Source: an uncultured Pseudomonadota bacterium | GTDB lineage: Bacteria > Myxococcota_A > Polyangia > Fen-1088 | Direction: 5' to 3' | NCBI GenBank assembly: GCA_963723305.1 | Contig: CAVRRT010000017.1 | Location: 87-64,086, forward strand | DNA length: 64,000 nucleotides | Part shown: positions 20,532-29,826 of the stretch, piece by piece | How the letters are laid out: every line of letters begins with the position of its first letter | Numbering within the stretch: position 1 is the stretch's first letter | Translations under genes and position numbers: made by a program | Notes under the pieces: generated by a model | Seen by the model: the letters and a program-made list of their open reading frames with translations, nothing else | What the model was told of the DNA's origin: nothing | The model's database searches: none

Positions 20532-21908
20532 CTACAGATAGGGCTTGATGATCTCGGCCGGGTCGATGCCGTAGCGTTCGATGCGGTCGAGCGCGCGCGG
20601 CCGGATCCCCGTGAAGCGGAAGCTGCCGATGACCTTTCCGGAGGGGTCCGTTCCGGTCTGCTCGAACTTGAAGATCTCCTGCATCGTGATGACGCCCGCC
20701 TGGATGTCGGTGATCTCGGCGATGCTGGTGATGCGCCGCTTGCCGTCGGTGCCGCGGGTGAGCTGGATGATGGTGTTGATCGAACGCGCGATGGTCTGCC
20801 GGATCAGCGCCTCCGACATGTTGATGCCGCCCATGCCGACCATCGCCTCGACGCGGGAGAGGGCGTCGCGCGGCGTGTTGGCGTGGACCGTGGTCATCGA
20901 TCCTTCGTGGCCGGTGTTCATGGCCTGCAACATGTCGAGCACCTCACCACCGCGGCACTCGCCGATGACGATGCGGTCGGGACGCATGCGGAGCGCGTTC
21001 TTGACCAGATCGCGCGCCAGCACCTCGCCGCGCCCTTCGATGTTGGGCGGCCGGGTCTCGAGACGCACGACGTGGCGCTGCTGCAGCTGCAGCTCGGCGG
21101 CGTCCTCGATGGTGACCACCCGCTCCCCCTCGGGGATGAACGAGGAGAGCGCGTTCAACATCGTGGTCTTGCCGGTCCCGGTGCCGCCGGAGATCAGGCA
21201 GTTGAGCTTGGCTTTTACACAAGCGGCGAGAAAGGCCAGCATCTCGGGCGTGGCGCTGTTGATGGCGACCATGTCCTTGACCCGCAGCGGTGAGCCGCCG
21301 AAGCGGCGAATCGAGAGCACCGGGCCGTCGATGGCCAGCGGCGGGATGATGGCGTTGACGCGGGCGCCGTCGGGGAGTCGAGCGTCGGCCATGGGCGACG
21401 ACTCGTCGATGCGGCGGCCGACGCGCGAGACGATGCGCACGATGATCTGCTGCAGGTGGGCGTTGTCGCGGAAGCGCACGTTGGTCAGCTCGAGCTTGCC
21501 GAACCGCTCGACGTAGACGGTGTTGAAGCCGTTGACCATGATGTCGGAGATGGTCGTGTCGGCCAGCAGGGGCTCGAGCGGACCGAGGCCGGTCACCTCG
21601 TCGAGCAGCTCCTCCACCAGGTGCTCGCGCTCGACGCGGTTGAGCGGAAGGTCGCTCGCCGCGAGGATCTGATTCATGATCGTGCGCAGCTCGTCGCGCA
21701 GCTGATCGCGCGGGAGCCGCTCGATCGTCGCCAGGTCCAGCTTCTCGATCAGCTTCTGGTGCAGCTCGTGTTTGAGCTCGTGGTAGGCGTCGGGGGCCGA
21801 GATGGCGTTCGGCTTGGGCGGGGCGGCCGGCCGCGGCGTGCGCGGCACGGTCGCCGAAAAGGAGCCGGTCGACGGCTCGTTCTTCATCAGGCGGTCACGT
21901 AGTCCCAT
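20532..21908 (-). CDS. cpaF: Tad secretion ATPase CpaF/TadA
   Basis: Walker A GGTGTGKTT, then RIVIGECRGGE, MNTGHEGSMTTVHAN. Confidence 0.9.
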   Translation of the reverse strand: MGLRDRLMKNEPSTGSFSATVPRTPRPAAPPKPNAISAPDAYHELKHELHQKLIEKLDLATIERLPRDQLRDELRTIMNQILAASDLPLNRVEREHLVEELLDEVTGLGPLEPLLADTTISDIMVNGFNTVYVERFGKLELTNVRFRDNAHLQQIIVRIVSRVGRRIDESSPMADARLPDGARVNAIIPPLAIDGPVLSIRRFGGSPLRVKDMVAINSATPEMLAFLAACVKAKLNCLISGGTGTGKTTMLNALSSFIPEGERVVTIEDAAELQLQQRHVVRLETRPPNIEGRGEVLARDLVKNALRMRPDRIVIGECRGGEVLDMLQAMNTGHEGSMTTVHANTPRDALSRVEAMVGMGGINMSEALIRQTIARSINTIIQLTRGTDGKRRITSIAEITDIQAGVITMQEIFKFEQTGTDPSGKVIGSFRFTGIRPRALDRIERYGIDPAEIIKPYL

Positions 21909-23064
21909 CGGCGACCTTCTTTCCGAACAGCGTTCCCAGCAGGCTCTGGCGGCGCATACGCGGCGCCTTCTCCGGCAACAGATGCGGGATGAGCCCTTCG
22001 ATGTCTTGTGTGATCCGGGCCCGCGGGGCCACCTCGGTCAGGAGGACGCCCCGGTTGATGGCGTCGATCAGCAGCAAGAAGTCGTTGCTGATGGTGTGGG
22101 TGAGCGGCTGCCCCAGCGTCTCCCCCACCACCTCGACGGTGATCTTGGAGGCCTTGGTGTACCTGTTCAGCAGGAGCTTGATGCGCCCCTGGTCGTACTG
22201 AAGACGTGCGAACAGCTCGAGACAGCGCTGGCCGTTGCGGACCGCCGGCACGTCCTGGGTGAGGGTCATGAAGACGTGCTGGCTGCCGTCGAGCGCCGCC
22301 AGCGACAGCTCGTCGAATCCGCGCACGCCGTCGACGATCACGAAGTCGTAGTTGCGGCGCAGGAACTCGAGCAGCGCCGTGACGTCGGGCCCCTTGATCT
22401 GCTCCGCCTCTTCGACCTTGCTGCTCTGGGCCAGCACGCTGACGCCCGAACGGTGCTTGGTCACCGAGTTGGCCAGCAGATCGCGATCGAGGCGGCTCAT
22501 GTTGGCCAGCACGTCGGTGATGGAGTAGCTCCCCGGGATGTCGAGGAACGCCAGCACGTCGCCGAGGTAGAGATCGAGGTCGACCAGACAGACCCGCAGC
22601 GATCGGCGCTGCATCGCCCCGGCCAGGTTGGTGGCGATGGCGGTCGCTCCCACCCCTCCCTTGGCGCCAAAGATGGTGACCACCTGACCGAGCTCACCGG
22701 TGCCAAAGGTGACCTTGGCGTGGCTGCGGACGGCCACCCGCAGCTCCTCGTGATCGCTCTCCAGCACGAACTCCCGGGCGCCCGCCCGCATCGACCGCAG
22801 GATGAGCTCGGGATCCTTGGTCTCGGAGACGACGATGACGATCCCACCCGCCGCCGCGATGTTGTGAATGAGGCCGAACCGCGCCGGCGTGTCCGACCGC
22901 ACCGAGACGATCGCCGCCCCCGGATTGATGCTCCGGTATTCGTCGGCGATTTGCTCGGCGGGCGTCTTGGAGCGGACGACGTTGGCGACGTCCTTGAGCG
23001 CCAGGCGCAGATCAGCCTGCTGCGCGTCGTCCATTCCAAGCAACAAAACCGTTGGTCTCGACAT
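21895..23064 (-). CDS. cpaE: CpaE/TadZ (pseudo-receiver plus MinD/ParA-type ATPase)
   Basis: Receiver-like N-terminus, then VTIFGAKGGVGATAIATNLA, a deviant Walker A. Confidence 0.85.
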   Translation of the reverse strand: MSRPTVLLLGMDDAQQADLRLALKDVANVVRSKTPAEQIADEYRSINPGAAIVSVRSDTPARFGLIHNIAAAGGIVIVVSETKDPELILRSMRAGAREFVLESDHEELRVAVRSHAKVTFGTGELGQVVTIFGAKGGVGATAIATNLAGAMQRRSLRVCLVDLDLYLGDVLAFLDIPGSYSITDVLANMSRLDRDLLANSVTKHRSGVSVLAQSSKVEEAEQIKGPDVTALLEFLRRNYDFVIVDGVRGFDELSLAALDGSQHVFMTLTQDVPAVRNGQRCLELFARLQYDQGRIKLLLNRYTKASKITVEVVGETLGQPLTHTISNDFLLLIDAINRGVLLTEVAPRARITQDIEGLIPHLLPEKAPRMRRQSLLGTLFGKKVADGTT

Positions 23065-23091
23065 CGTCCTTCGTCTCTCAGCCTTCGGGTC

Positions 23092-24588
23092 TCAGCGAAT
23101 AAACCCAATCTCGCCGGAAGGTCCCCGATCCGTAAGGGCCGTCCGGAGCGGCGTCCCTGTCCCCTCTTGGGCCGCCTGCTTCATTGTACCGCTGCTGGCC
23201 TCGACGTGCCCACCGCTGTCGCTCCCAAACAGGAACAGCTGGACGTCGTTGGGGTCATTGAGCTCGTTCTCGGTCGGCAGATGGGGGGCGTCGTGCGGCG
23301 CCACCGGCTTGGCCAGGTGCGCCGTGACCACCACCAGGAGCTCGGTCTCGTTCCGTTGGTAGCTCACCGAGCGGAACAGCATGCCCAGAATCGGAATGTC
23401 GCCCAGGAGCGGGATCTTGCTGACCGTCGATTGAATCTTGTCCGAGAGCAGGCCGGCGATGGCGAAGCTCTGACCGTCGGCCAGCCGGACAGTGGTCTCG
23501 CTCTGCCGCGAGGTGAGGCCGGGAATCGAGATCCCGCCGATGGTGACCGAACGCGTCGGATCGACGTCACTGACCTCGCTCGAGAGCTTCAGGTGAAGCG
23601 CGCCGTCGGAGATCACCGTGGGGGTGAAGTTCAAGATGATGCCGAACTTCTTCCACAGCACCGAGATGGCGCCCAGGCTGGTCGATATCGGCACCGGAAA
23701 CTCGCCGCCCACCAGGAACTTGGCCTCCTGCCCGGACAGCGCGACCAGCGTCGGCTCGGCCAGGGTCTTGGCCAGGCCGCTCTGTTCGAGGACGTTGATG
23801 ACCGCGCTGAACGGAAAGCTCGGGAGGCCCGAAAAGAAGACCGAAAACCCCGCCCCCGGCGAGGGCTGGACCGGCGGCAGCGCGCCCCCGGTCCCCGGAA
23901 CGGCGGCGAACCCGTCGACCAGCTGACCTGGGTTGGAGAGGCCGCCCAGGAATCGGCCGCCCGAATCCTGATGGAAGAAGTTGATGCCGAGATTGCGCAG
24001 CCCCGCGCGCGAGACCTCGGCGAACTTGACCTCCAGCTGCACCTGCTGATTGCCGACGACCTTGATCAGATTCGCCACCTTCTCGGCGTGAAGCTGAGCG
24101 ACCTCCGCGGCGCGCTCTGGAACGCGTACGTCCGAGACCTCGCCGGTGAGGACCACCAGATCCCCGGCCGCCGAGACGCCGATCTTCTCGTCGGGAAAGA
24201 GCTCGGCCAGCTGGCTCTTGAGCCGATCGAGGTTCCGCGTCACCTGGAGCGCGAGCACCAGCGGCTCGTCGCGCTTGTTCCAGAGCGTCAGATCGGTCGT
24301 CCCCACGCCGCGCGAGGTGAGAAGAAGCTGCACCGGCGTTATCACCTTCAGGTCGGCAATACGCGGGTCGGCGACGGAGACCCGCCCGATCGGCTCGGTC
24401 AAGATCAGGAGGCGGTTCTGGCCGGTCTCGAGCGCGAGGTTTCTCACCGCGCCGACCTCGCGCTCGATGCGGATGGCCGGAACGGGGCTCAGTCCCGAGT
24501 CGTTGGCGGCGATGGCACCGCTCGCCCCCACCATCATCATCGGCATCATCGACAACGACGCTGCGAGCAGCACGGGCGTCGTCTTCAC
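23092..24588 (-). CDS. cpaC: Tad secretin CpaC/RcpA
   Basis: Signal peptide, BON-like region and a secretin C-terminal domain (...IPLLGDIPILGMLFRS...). Confidence 0.9.
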   Translation of the reverse strand: MKTTPVLLAASLSMMPMMMVGASGAIAANDSGLSPVPAIRIEREVGAVRNLALETGQNRLLILTEPIGRVSVADPRIADLKVITPVQLLLTSRGVGTTDLTLWNKRDEPLVLALQVTRNLDRLKSQLAELFPDEKIGVSAAGDLVVLTGEVSDVRVPERAAEVAQLHAEKVANLIKVVGNQQVQLEVKFAEVSRAGLRNLGINFFHQDSGGRFLGGLSNPGQLVDGFAAVPGTGGALPPVQPSPGAGFSVFFSGLPSFPFSAVINVLEQSGLAKTLAEPTLVALSGQEAKFLVGGEFPVPISTSLGAISVLWKKFGIILNFTPTVISDGALHLKLSSEVSDVDPTRSVTIGGISIPGLTSRQSETTVRLADGQSFAIAGLLSDKIQSTVSKIPLLGDIPILGMLFRSVSYQRNETELLVVVTAHLAKPVAPHDAPHLPTENELNDPNDVQLFLFGSDSGGHVEASSGTMKQAAQEGTGTPLRTALTDRGPSGEIGFIR

Positions 24589-25580
24589 TAGCGGCCGTCT
24601 CCCTTGGCGAAGTTGCGCTGTTCGAACCGATCACCGCGCAGAATCTCGACCACGTCCCTCTTGGGCGCCTCGGTGGGGAGCGTGGCCGGCGCCTGGGCGG
24701 CCGCCACCTGCTTGCCGTGCCCGCGCCGCGCCGCAACCGGCGCCGCAGGTCGGGCAGCGGCGGCGTCCGACGGCTTTCCGCCAGGCGCCGGCGCCGTCGG
24801 GTCGCCCACCAGCTCCTCGGCGACGGCGCCACCCGTGTTGACCGGGAGCGAATCGGTCCAGCTTCGCAGCGTCAACAGAAGCCGTCCCTCGCTGGAGGCC
24901 AGCGCCAGCCGCTCGGAATCTTGCGGGGAGACGAGGAGCGTCGCCACCGTCGCCGGAGTCGCATGCATGCGCGCCTGATCGTTGGCCTCCACCTCCTGAC
25001 CGACGGCCAGCACCTTCACGTTCTGCATGAAGACCTTGGTGGTCGTCTCCGCGCCCGGTCGGGTCGGATGCAAGGTGACGAGCACGTCGACCCGGTCGTC
25101 CGGATGGATGAAGCCTGCCACACCCACGACGTCGTCGACCCGCACGGCCATCGCGCGCATGTTCGGCGGAATGAGCGCCGCCAGCCCGTTCCCCGCGTTC
25201 TTCGCGGCGAGCATCCCTGGCAGGACCGGCTGTCCGGCCAGCAAGCGGGAGATCAAGATGCGGTCGATGACCTCCTTGGGATCGCGCACGGCGCCGAGCG
25301 GAAGGTGATCGGCCGGCCACTCCGACAGCTTCAGATCCTCCGCCCTGATCTTCGCCGCCAGCGGCATGTCCACCCCGGCGACGACGATCTTCGCCATCGC
25401 CACCATGCCGCCCCCCTGCCGGTTGTTCACGTAGCGCGAGATGAAGAGCGCAGTGGCCAATCCGGCGACCAGCGCGAACGCCCAGAAGAGCGCGGCTCTC
25501 GTCCCTGAGCGACGCGAAGCCCCGGCCGCGGCGCGCAGCCGACTCGGTCCTCCCATTTGGTCATTGATCGCCACAGGCAT
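24588..25580 (-). CDS. cpaB: Flp pilus assembly protein CpaB/RcpC
   Basis: N-terminal TM segment, then a SAF-like/RcpC region (IVVAGVDMPLAAKIRAEDLK...). Confidence 0.8.
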   Translation of the reverse strand: MPVAINDQMGGPSRLRAAAGASRRSGTRAALFWAFALVAGLATALFISRYVNNRQGGGMVAMAKIVVAGVDMPLAAKIRAEDLKLSEWPADHLPLGAVRDPKEVIDRILISRLLAGQPVLPGMLAAKNAGNGLAALIPPNMRAMAVRVDDVVGVAGFIHPDDRVDVLVTLHPTRPGAETTTKVFMQNVKVLAVGQEVEANDQARMHATPATVATLLVSPQDSERLALASSEGRLLLTLRSWTDSLPVNTGGAVAEELVGDPTAPAPGGKPSDAAAARPAAPVAARRGHGKQVAAAQAPATLPTEAPKRDVVEILRGDRFEQRNFAKGDGR

Positions 25581-25775
25581 CTCCTAGAAAAGGATCGCTT
25601 CCAGGGTCCGCGCGTCCGGACGCACGCAGAGCATAAAACGGATCATCGACGGACTGCGCCGTAGAGTTTAGGTGCCACGAGCAGAGCAACCGGATCACGG
25701 CTCACTGTGCAAGCTCGCACGATTGGCGAAAAGCATCAAGATCGTGTCGCGCCTGGCGTGACGGTCGAGCTGCTT

Positions 25776-25799
25776 CGAAACGTCGAGCGAAACGTCGAG
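25776..25799. repeat. perfect tandem 12-mer (CGAAACGTCGAG x2) in the cpaA-cpaB spacer
   Basis: 25776-25787 and 25788-25799 are identical. A partial third copy (GGTCGAG) lies at 25763-25769. The repeat sits in a 242-nt lower-GC intergenic region. Confidence 0.6.
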
Positions 25800-25822
25800 A
25801 ATTTCCGGGGAGGGGGACGCGC

Positions 25823-26338
25823 TCACCGGATGAGCACGAACACGACCGCCGCGCCCGCGGCGATCGCCAGCGAGTACGGAAGCGACAGATGCCCGGCCCG
25901 ATGAGAGGGGACCGCGGGCAGATCGTTGTGCAGCACCGTCAGCGTCAAGTTGGCGCGGATCTCGGCCCGAGCCGGCGCGCGCGCGCGAAGGTAGTAGATC
26001 ACCGCGAAGACGCCGCCCGAGGCGGCAGCGGACAGAACGAACCAGGGAAGCCGAGCGAACGGCACCCAGGCCGCGGTGGCAGCGGCCAGCTTCACGTCGC
26101 CGCCCCCGATCCCCCCCTTGAGCCAGGGGTGGTAGAGCGCGGCGACGACCAGCGCCGCCGCGCCCACACCAGAAAGCGCGGCCCAAACCCCTTGGTCGTG
26201 GCCACGCAGGACCACCGCCGAGAGGAACACGAAGCCGGAGACCGCGTTGGGGATCCGTCGCCATCCAAGATCGAACACGACGGCGACGATGAGCCCCAGC
26301 GCCAAAGGTCCGAGGTGAAGCAGCGACGACGCCATCAA
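25823..26338 (-). CDS. cpaA: prepilin peptidase CpaA/TadV (A24 family)
   Basis: Polytopic protein with both Asp motifs (VVFDLGWRRIPN and GGGDVKL). Confidence 0.85.
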   Translation of the reverse strand: MMASSLLHLGPLALGLIVAVVFDLGWRRIPNAVSGFVFLSAVVLRGHDQGVWAALSGVGAAALVVAALYHPWLKGGIGGGDVKLAAATAAWVPFARLPWFVLSAAASGGVFAVIYYLRARAPARAEIRANLTLTVLHNDLPAVPSHRAGHLSLPYSLAIAAGAAVVFVLIR

Positions 26339-26395
26339 TCTTCAGATGTACGCCAAAGCGATCCCACCCTGCGGATCTTTTTCCGGCCGGCTCCG

Positions 26396-26557
26396 CTACA
26401 TCTTGGCCTGAATGTTGTTGAAGTTGTTCGATACCTTACCGCCGAGGACGAACACCACGGCGATGATGAGGCCGGCGATGGCGGCCACGATGAGTCCGTA
26501 CTCGACCGCGGTGGCGCCCTCTTCGTCCCTGAACAGCTTGATTACATTCTTGAGCAT
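26396..26557 (-). CDS. flp: Flp-family pilin (53 aa, below the ORF-track cutoff)
   Basis: My own translation: MLKNVIKLFRDEEGATAVEYGLIVAAIAGLIIAVVFVLGGKVSNNFNNIQAKM. It has the G/ATAVEY processing site and Flp motif. AAGGAGA lies upstream of the ATG. Confidence 0.85.
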   Translation of the reverse strand: MLKNVIKLFRDEEGATAVEYGLIVAAIAGLIIAVVFVLGGKVSNNFNNIQAKM

Positions 26558-26805
26558 TGGCTTCTCTCCTTGCGGGGTTGGTCAGGTCGTTTCGTGCCCG
26601 AATCAGACCGACCATCATCGGGCGCCGTCTCCGAGCACTGCACACTAAATTCTTGTGAGTGTCCTGACACTGCATCGACCAGGGCGGAAACAACCTTTAG
26701 GAATATTTTGACCTCAAGGACCCCGGTGGGAGCAAGAGGCCGTGGGTCCGTCCGACACCTACAGAAGCGCATCCCGACTACAAGAACGCAGCTCGACCGC
26801 GCCCT

Positions 26806-26982
26806 TTACCAGCCTTTGGACACGTTGTTGTAAATGTTGTTGGTCTTTGCGCCGAGGACATAGACTACGGCTGCGATGAGTCCCGCGATTGCACTCACGA
26901 TGAGCGCGTACTCGACGGCAGTCGCTCCCGACGAATCGCCGATTAACCGCAACAGATTGCGTGGCGTCGCCAACCAATACAT
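26806..26982 (-). CDS. flp: Flp-family pilin (58 aa)
   Basis: MYWLATPRNLLRLIGDSSGATAVEYALIVSAIAGLIAAVVYVLGAKTNNIYNNVSKGW. Internal ATG of track ORF 26806..27054. Confidence 0.8.
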   Translation of the reverse strand: MYWLATPRNLLRLIGDSSGATAVEYALIVSAIAGLIAAVVYVLGAKTNNIYNNVSKGW

Positions 26983-27069
26983 TGAGCGCGGATCTTTTCC
27001 GCAAGTCAAATGTTCTCCGTCGAGCTCACGCGCCAGCGCGCGTCGCGCCCGCACCTTTGGAGCCTAGAA

Positions 27070-27834
27070 ATGAATCGTCGTCCGCCGCATCGCCGCCCTC
27101 TCGCGCTCGCCGCCGTGGTGTTGCCCATCGCCTTGGCCGCCTGCGGGCGGGTCCCAGGACAGTTCGAGATCCTGAACGATCAAGTGCCGGTGATCTCCAA
27201 TGGCGGTTGCAGCATCCCCGTCGATCCGACGGTGTATCAGGGCCAGGGAACGCTCGATCTCAGCATCGTTCGCGGCGACTTTCTCTCGGCTTACTTCGTG
27301 TTCCCTCTGATCGAAAACAACCTCCCCGCCTCTGCGTCGAACACCAGCATCGACCCCAATGAGATTCAGCTCTCGGGTTTTCAGATCGACATCGCGCCGA
27401 TCGGCGCCCCTCCCCCGTCGTCGATTCAGTCGGTGTTCACCAGCGCCGGCGCGCTCGTCCACTACCAGGTCCCTTGGTCGGGCGGGGTCAAGTCGGGCGG
27501 CGGCCAGCTCTCGGCCTCGGTGGCTGCGTTCCCCGTCGGGCTCGCCCAGGCGCTGCTCGCCGCCGGCGGGATCGGGGCTGACCCCTCGCTGACCGTCGAC
27601 CTGACGATCGAGGCGCTGGGGACGACCAACAACGGAAACCACATGCAGTCGGACCCGTTCCACTTTCCGGTCTCTCTCTGCAGCGGCTGTCTGGTGGCCA
27701 ACGTGGCCCCCTGTCCCTACGCCGCGGCGCCCACCAACCTGGGAAACAGCTGCAACCCGGCGCAAGACATCCCCGTCGACTGCTGCACGGACAACGGATC
27801 GCTCATCTGCCCGCCGACGGTGGCCGCGCAGTGA
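27070..27834 (+). CDS. lipoprotein with Cys-rich C-terminus, unknown function
   Basis: Signal plus lipobox (LPIALAAC). C-terminus CSGCLVANVAPCPY...CNPAQDIPVDCCTDNGSLICPP. The stop overlaps the next start (GTGA). Confidence 0.6.
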   Translation: MNRRPPHRRPLALAAVVLPIALAACGRVPGQFEILNDQVPVISNGGCSIPVDPTVYQGQGTLDLSIVRGDFLSAYFVFPLIENNLPASASNTSIDPNEIQLSGFQIDIAPIGAPPPSSIQSVFTSAGALVHYQVPWSGGVKSGGGQLSASVAAFPVGLAQALLAAGGIGADPSLTVDLTIEALGTTNNGNHMQSDPFHFPVSLCSGCLVANVAPCPYAAAPTNLGNSCNPAQDIPVDCCTDNGSLICPPTVAAQ

Positions 27835-29813
27835 CCGCGCGCGCTGGTCTCGCCGCGCTCGCCGCCTTCTTTCTCCTGCCGCTCGCCTGCACCACCAACA
27901 GCGGCAGCAACTATTCCTACCTGCCGACCACCGGCGCCGGCGGCGTCGGGACCCAGCCGCCGAGCGGCAGCGTGACCGTCACCGTCGTCTCGCCGACCGA
28001 CGGCACGGTCGTCTCCGAGTCGACCGACGTCAACGTGAGCGTGACGGTGGACGACAGCGGCACCGACTTCATCGACACCAGCAGCGTGAAGATGGCGCTC
28101 ACGGCGAAGGGGAGCAGTGCTGCCCTCTCCAGCGGACAGCTCGTCTCGGGCGGCGGCGATGCCTATTCCGGGACCATCAGCATCGGCAATCTTCCGACCG
28201 GGAGCTACACGCTCACGGTCTCGGCCACCAGCTCGAGCGGCGTAATGGGACAGGCGACGGTCATGCTGACCATCCAGGGGGGCCCGACCCTGATCGTCAA
28301 CTCGCCGGCCCAGGGCCAGCCGTACAACGACAGCCTCACGATCGAGATCCTCGTCGACCCGGGCGCCAGTCCACCCACCGCCACGCTGGCGGGCATGCCG
28401 GTGACGATGTTGACCTTGGTCCCCTCGGCCAACCCGACGTACGACGTCTATCGCGAGACGGTCTGGTTCGGGCCGCCGCCGACGCCGGCGGGCGCGCAGC
28501 CCTTCCCCACGCTCACCGGATCGCAGCTGCTCGACGTCAAGGAGAGCAACGGCGTCGCCACCTCCGAGGTCCAGCGCACCTTCGTCATCGACACCTCCGG
28601 ACCGAGCATCACCCTGACCACCCCCCTGCCGGGCGCCGTGGTCGGCGGGGTGGTCGATATCTCCGCCACCATCACCGACCAGTCGGGCGTGCTCGATTCC
28701 TCCGTTTTCGCGATCATCGGCGACGCTCAGGGCAACCCCCTCTTCAACCTGCAGCTCGAGCCGCAGGGAAGCGGCGTCTACGGCATTCTGTTCGACACGC
28801 TCAACCTCACCCAGTGTGCGCCGCCTCCCGCGACGAGCCTCTGCATCGTGTTCCCCACCATCTCCTTCCGCGCCTCGGACTCGGTGGGAAACGAATCGTC
28901 GCTGGGGTACGACTTCTCCGTCGACAACGTGCCGCCGCTGTCCGATCTGGATCCCCCGCAGCTGCGTCAGATGCGCCTCTCGGCCGGCGGGTATCAGTGC
29001 TCGTTTCTCTTCGATCCCCTCAGCGTCAACCAGGACGTGGGCGACATGCCCAACGACGGCTGCATGGTGCCGCAGGTCTTCGATCTGCGCGCCCGCATCG
29101 AGGATCAGGGGAACCGGGCCGACGGGCTGAAGATCACCCCCCTGGCCGGGATCGATCCCGACAACACCGGCGTCTACGTGCTGACCGACAACAGCCAACC
29201 TCTGGTCGTCGACAGCGACGGCGACGGCAACTGCGACACGATCAACCCGCTCTTGGCACCGACGATCGGTCCACTGACCCAGAGCGGTGAGGTGCTCAAG
29301 ATCCGGCTGGCCGGCGTCGCTCCCGCGGGGGCCGCCAACTTCCTGGGCCTGCCCACCGACACGACCCTGCCTGCCTCTGCTCCTTGCACCCAGGGGACCG
29401 ACACGGCGCCGCCCAAGGTGCTCTGCGCCATCGACGGCTTCGAACAGCCGACGATCGCCATCAGCTACGCCGGTGGTTTGCCGAACATCTGGTCGGTCGA
29501 GCCGATCGACGCGGCTCGTTGCCTGGGGAACCAGCTCGACACGCGCGCCAACAACATCCCCGACGGCCAGTGGATCTGCATTGCGGTGGAGACCGCCGAC
29601 CTGGTCGGAAACAAGGGCGTCTCGAGACCGATGCGCGTCTACGTCCAGTACGACGACAGCGGTGCGTTCTGCGCCCCGCCGCCGGCCGGTGCCCCCGCGC
29701 CGCCCCCTTGCACCGGGACCTACGATCCGACCAGCAAGATCGCCACCGTCGGCACCTGCCAGACGTTGAAGTTCCCGAGCGGCGAGATCTACTGCGCCCC
29801 CGGCGGCTGCTAG
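27831..29813 (+). CDS. large lipoprotein with Ig-like repeats and a Cys-rich C-terminal region, unknown function
   Basis: Lipobox LPLAC. Several ~90-aa beta-rich repeats (VTVVSPTDGTVV..., LIVNSPAQGQPY..., ITLTTPLPGAVVGG...). Many paired Cys in the last 300 aa. Confidence 0.6.
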   Translation: MTARAGLAALAAFFLLPLACTTNSGSNYSYLPTTGAGGVGTQPPSGSVTVTVVSPTDGTVVSESTDVNVSVTVDDSGTDFIDTSSVKMALTAKGSSAALSSGQLVSGGGDAYSGTISIGNLPTGSYTLTVSATSSSGVMGQATVMLTIQGGPTLIVNSPAQGQPYNDSLTIEILVDPGASPPTATLAGMPVTMLTLVPSANPTYDVYRETVWFGPPPTPAGAQPFPTLTGSQLLDVKESNGVATSEVQRTFVIDTSGPSITLTTPLPGAVVGGVVDISATITDQSGVLDSSVFAIIGDAQGNPLFNLQLEPQGSGVYGILFDTLNLTQCAPPPATSLCIVFPTISFRASDSVGNESSLGYDFSVDNVPPLSDLDPPQLRQMRLSAGGYQCSFLFDPLSVNQDVGDMPNDGCMVPQVFDLRARIEDQGNRADGLKITPLAGIDPDNTGVYVLTDNSQPLVVDSDGDGNCDTINPLLAPTIGPLTQSGEVLKIRLAGVAPAGAANFLGLPTDTTLPASAPCTQGTDTAPPKVLCAIDGFEQPTIAISYAGGLPNIWSVEPIDAARCLGNQLDTRANNIPDGQWICIAVETADLVGNKGVSRPMRVYVQYDDSGAFCAPPPAGAPAPPPCTGTYDPTSKIATVGTCQTLKFPSGEIYCAPGGC

Positions 29814-29826
29814 GAGACTGCGGGGA

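Noticed and set aside
21802-24591. 929-aa plus-strand ORF, and similar long ORFs: 19635..21293 +, 51657..54041 +, 55070..56839 +, 27717..29198 -, 5033..6091 -, 10557..11465 -.
   Set aside because: Each lies antisense to, or out of frame with, a gene that has clear family homology (Tad genes, GH94, OMP, pdxA, uvrA). Their products are Arg/Gly/Pro/Asp-rich low-complexity sequence typical of open non-coding frames in ~70% GC DNA.
25660-25695. Sigma-54-like TGGCAC (minus sense GCTCGTGGCACCTAAACTCTACGG) in the cpaA-cpaB spacer.
   Set aside because: The -12 element is absent: CTCT stands where TTGC is expected.
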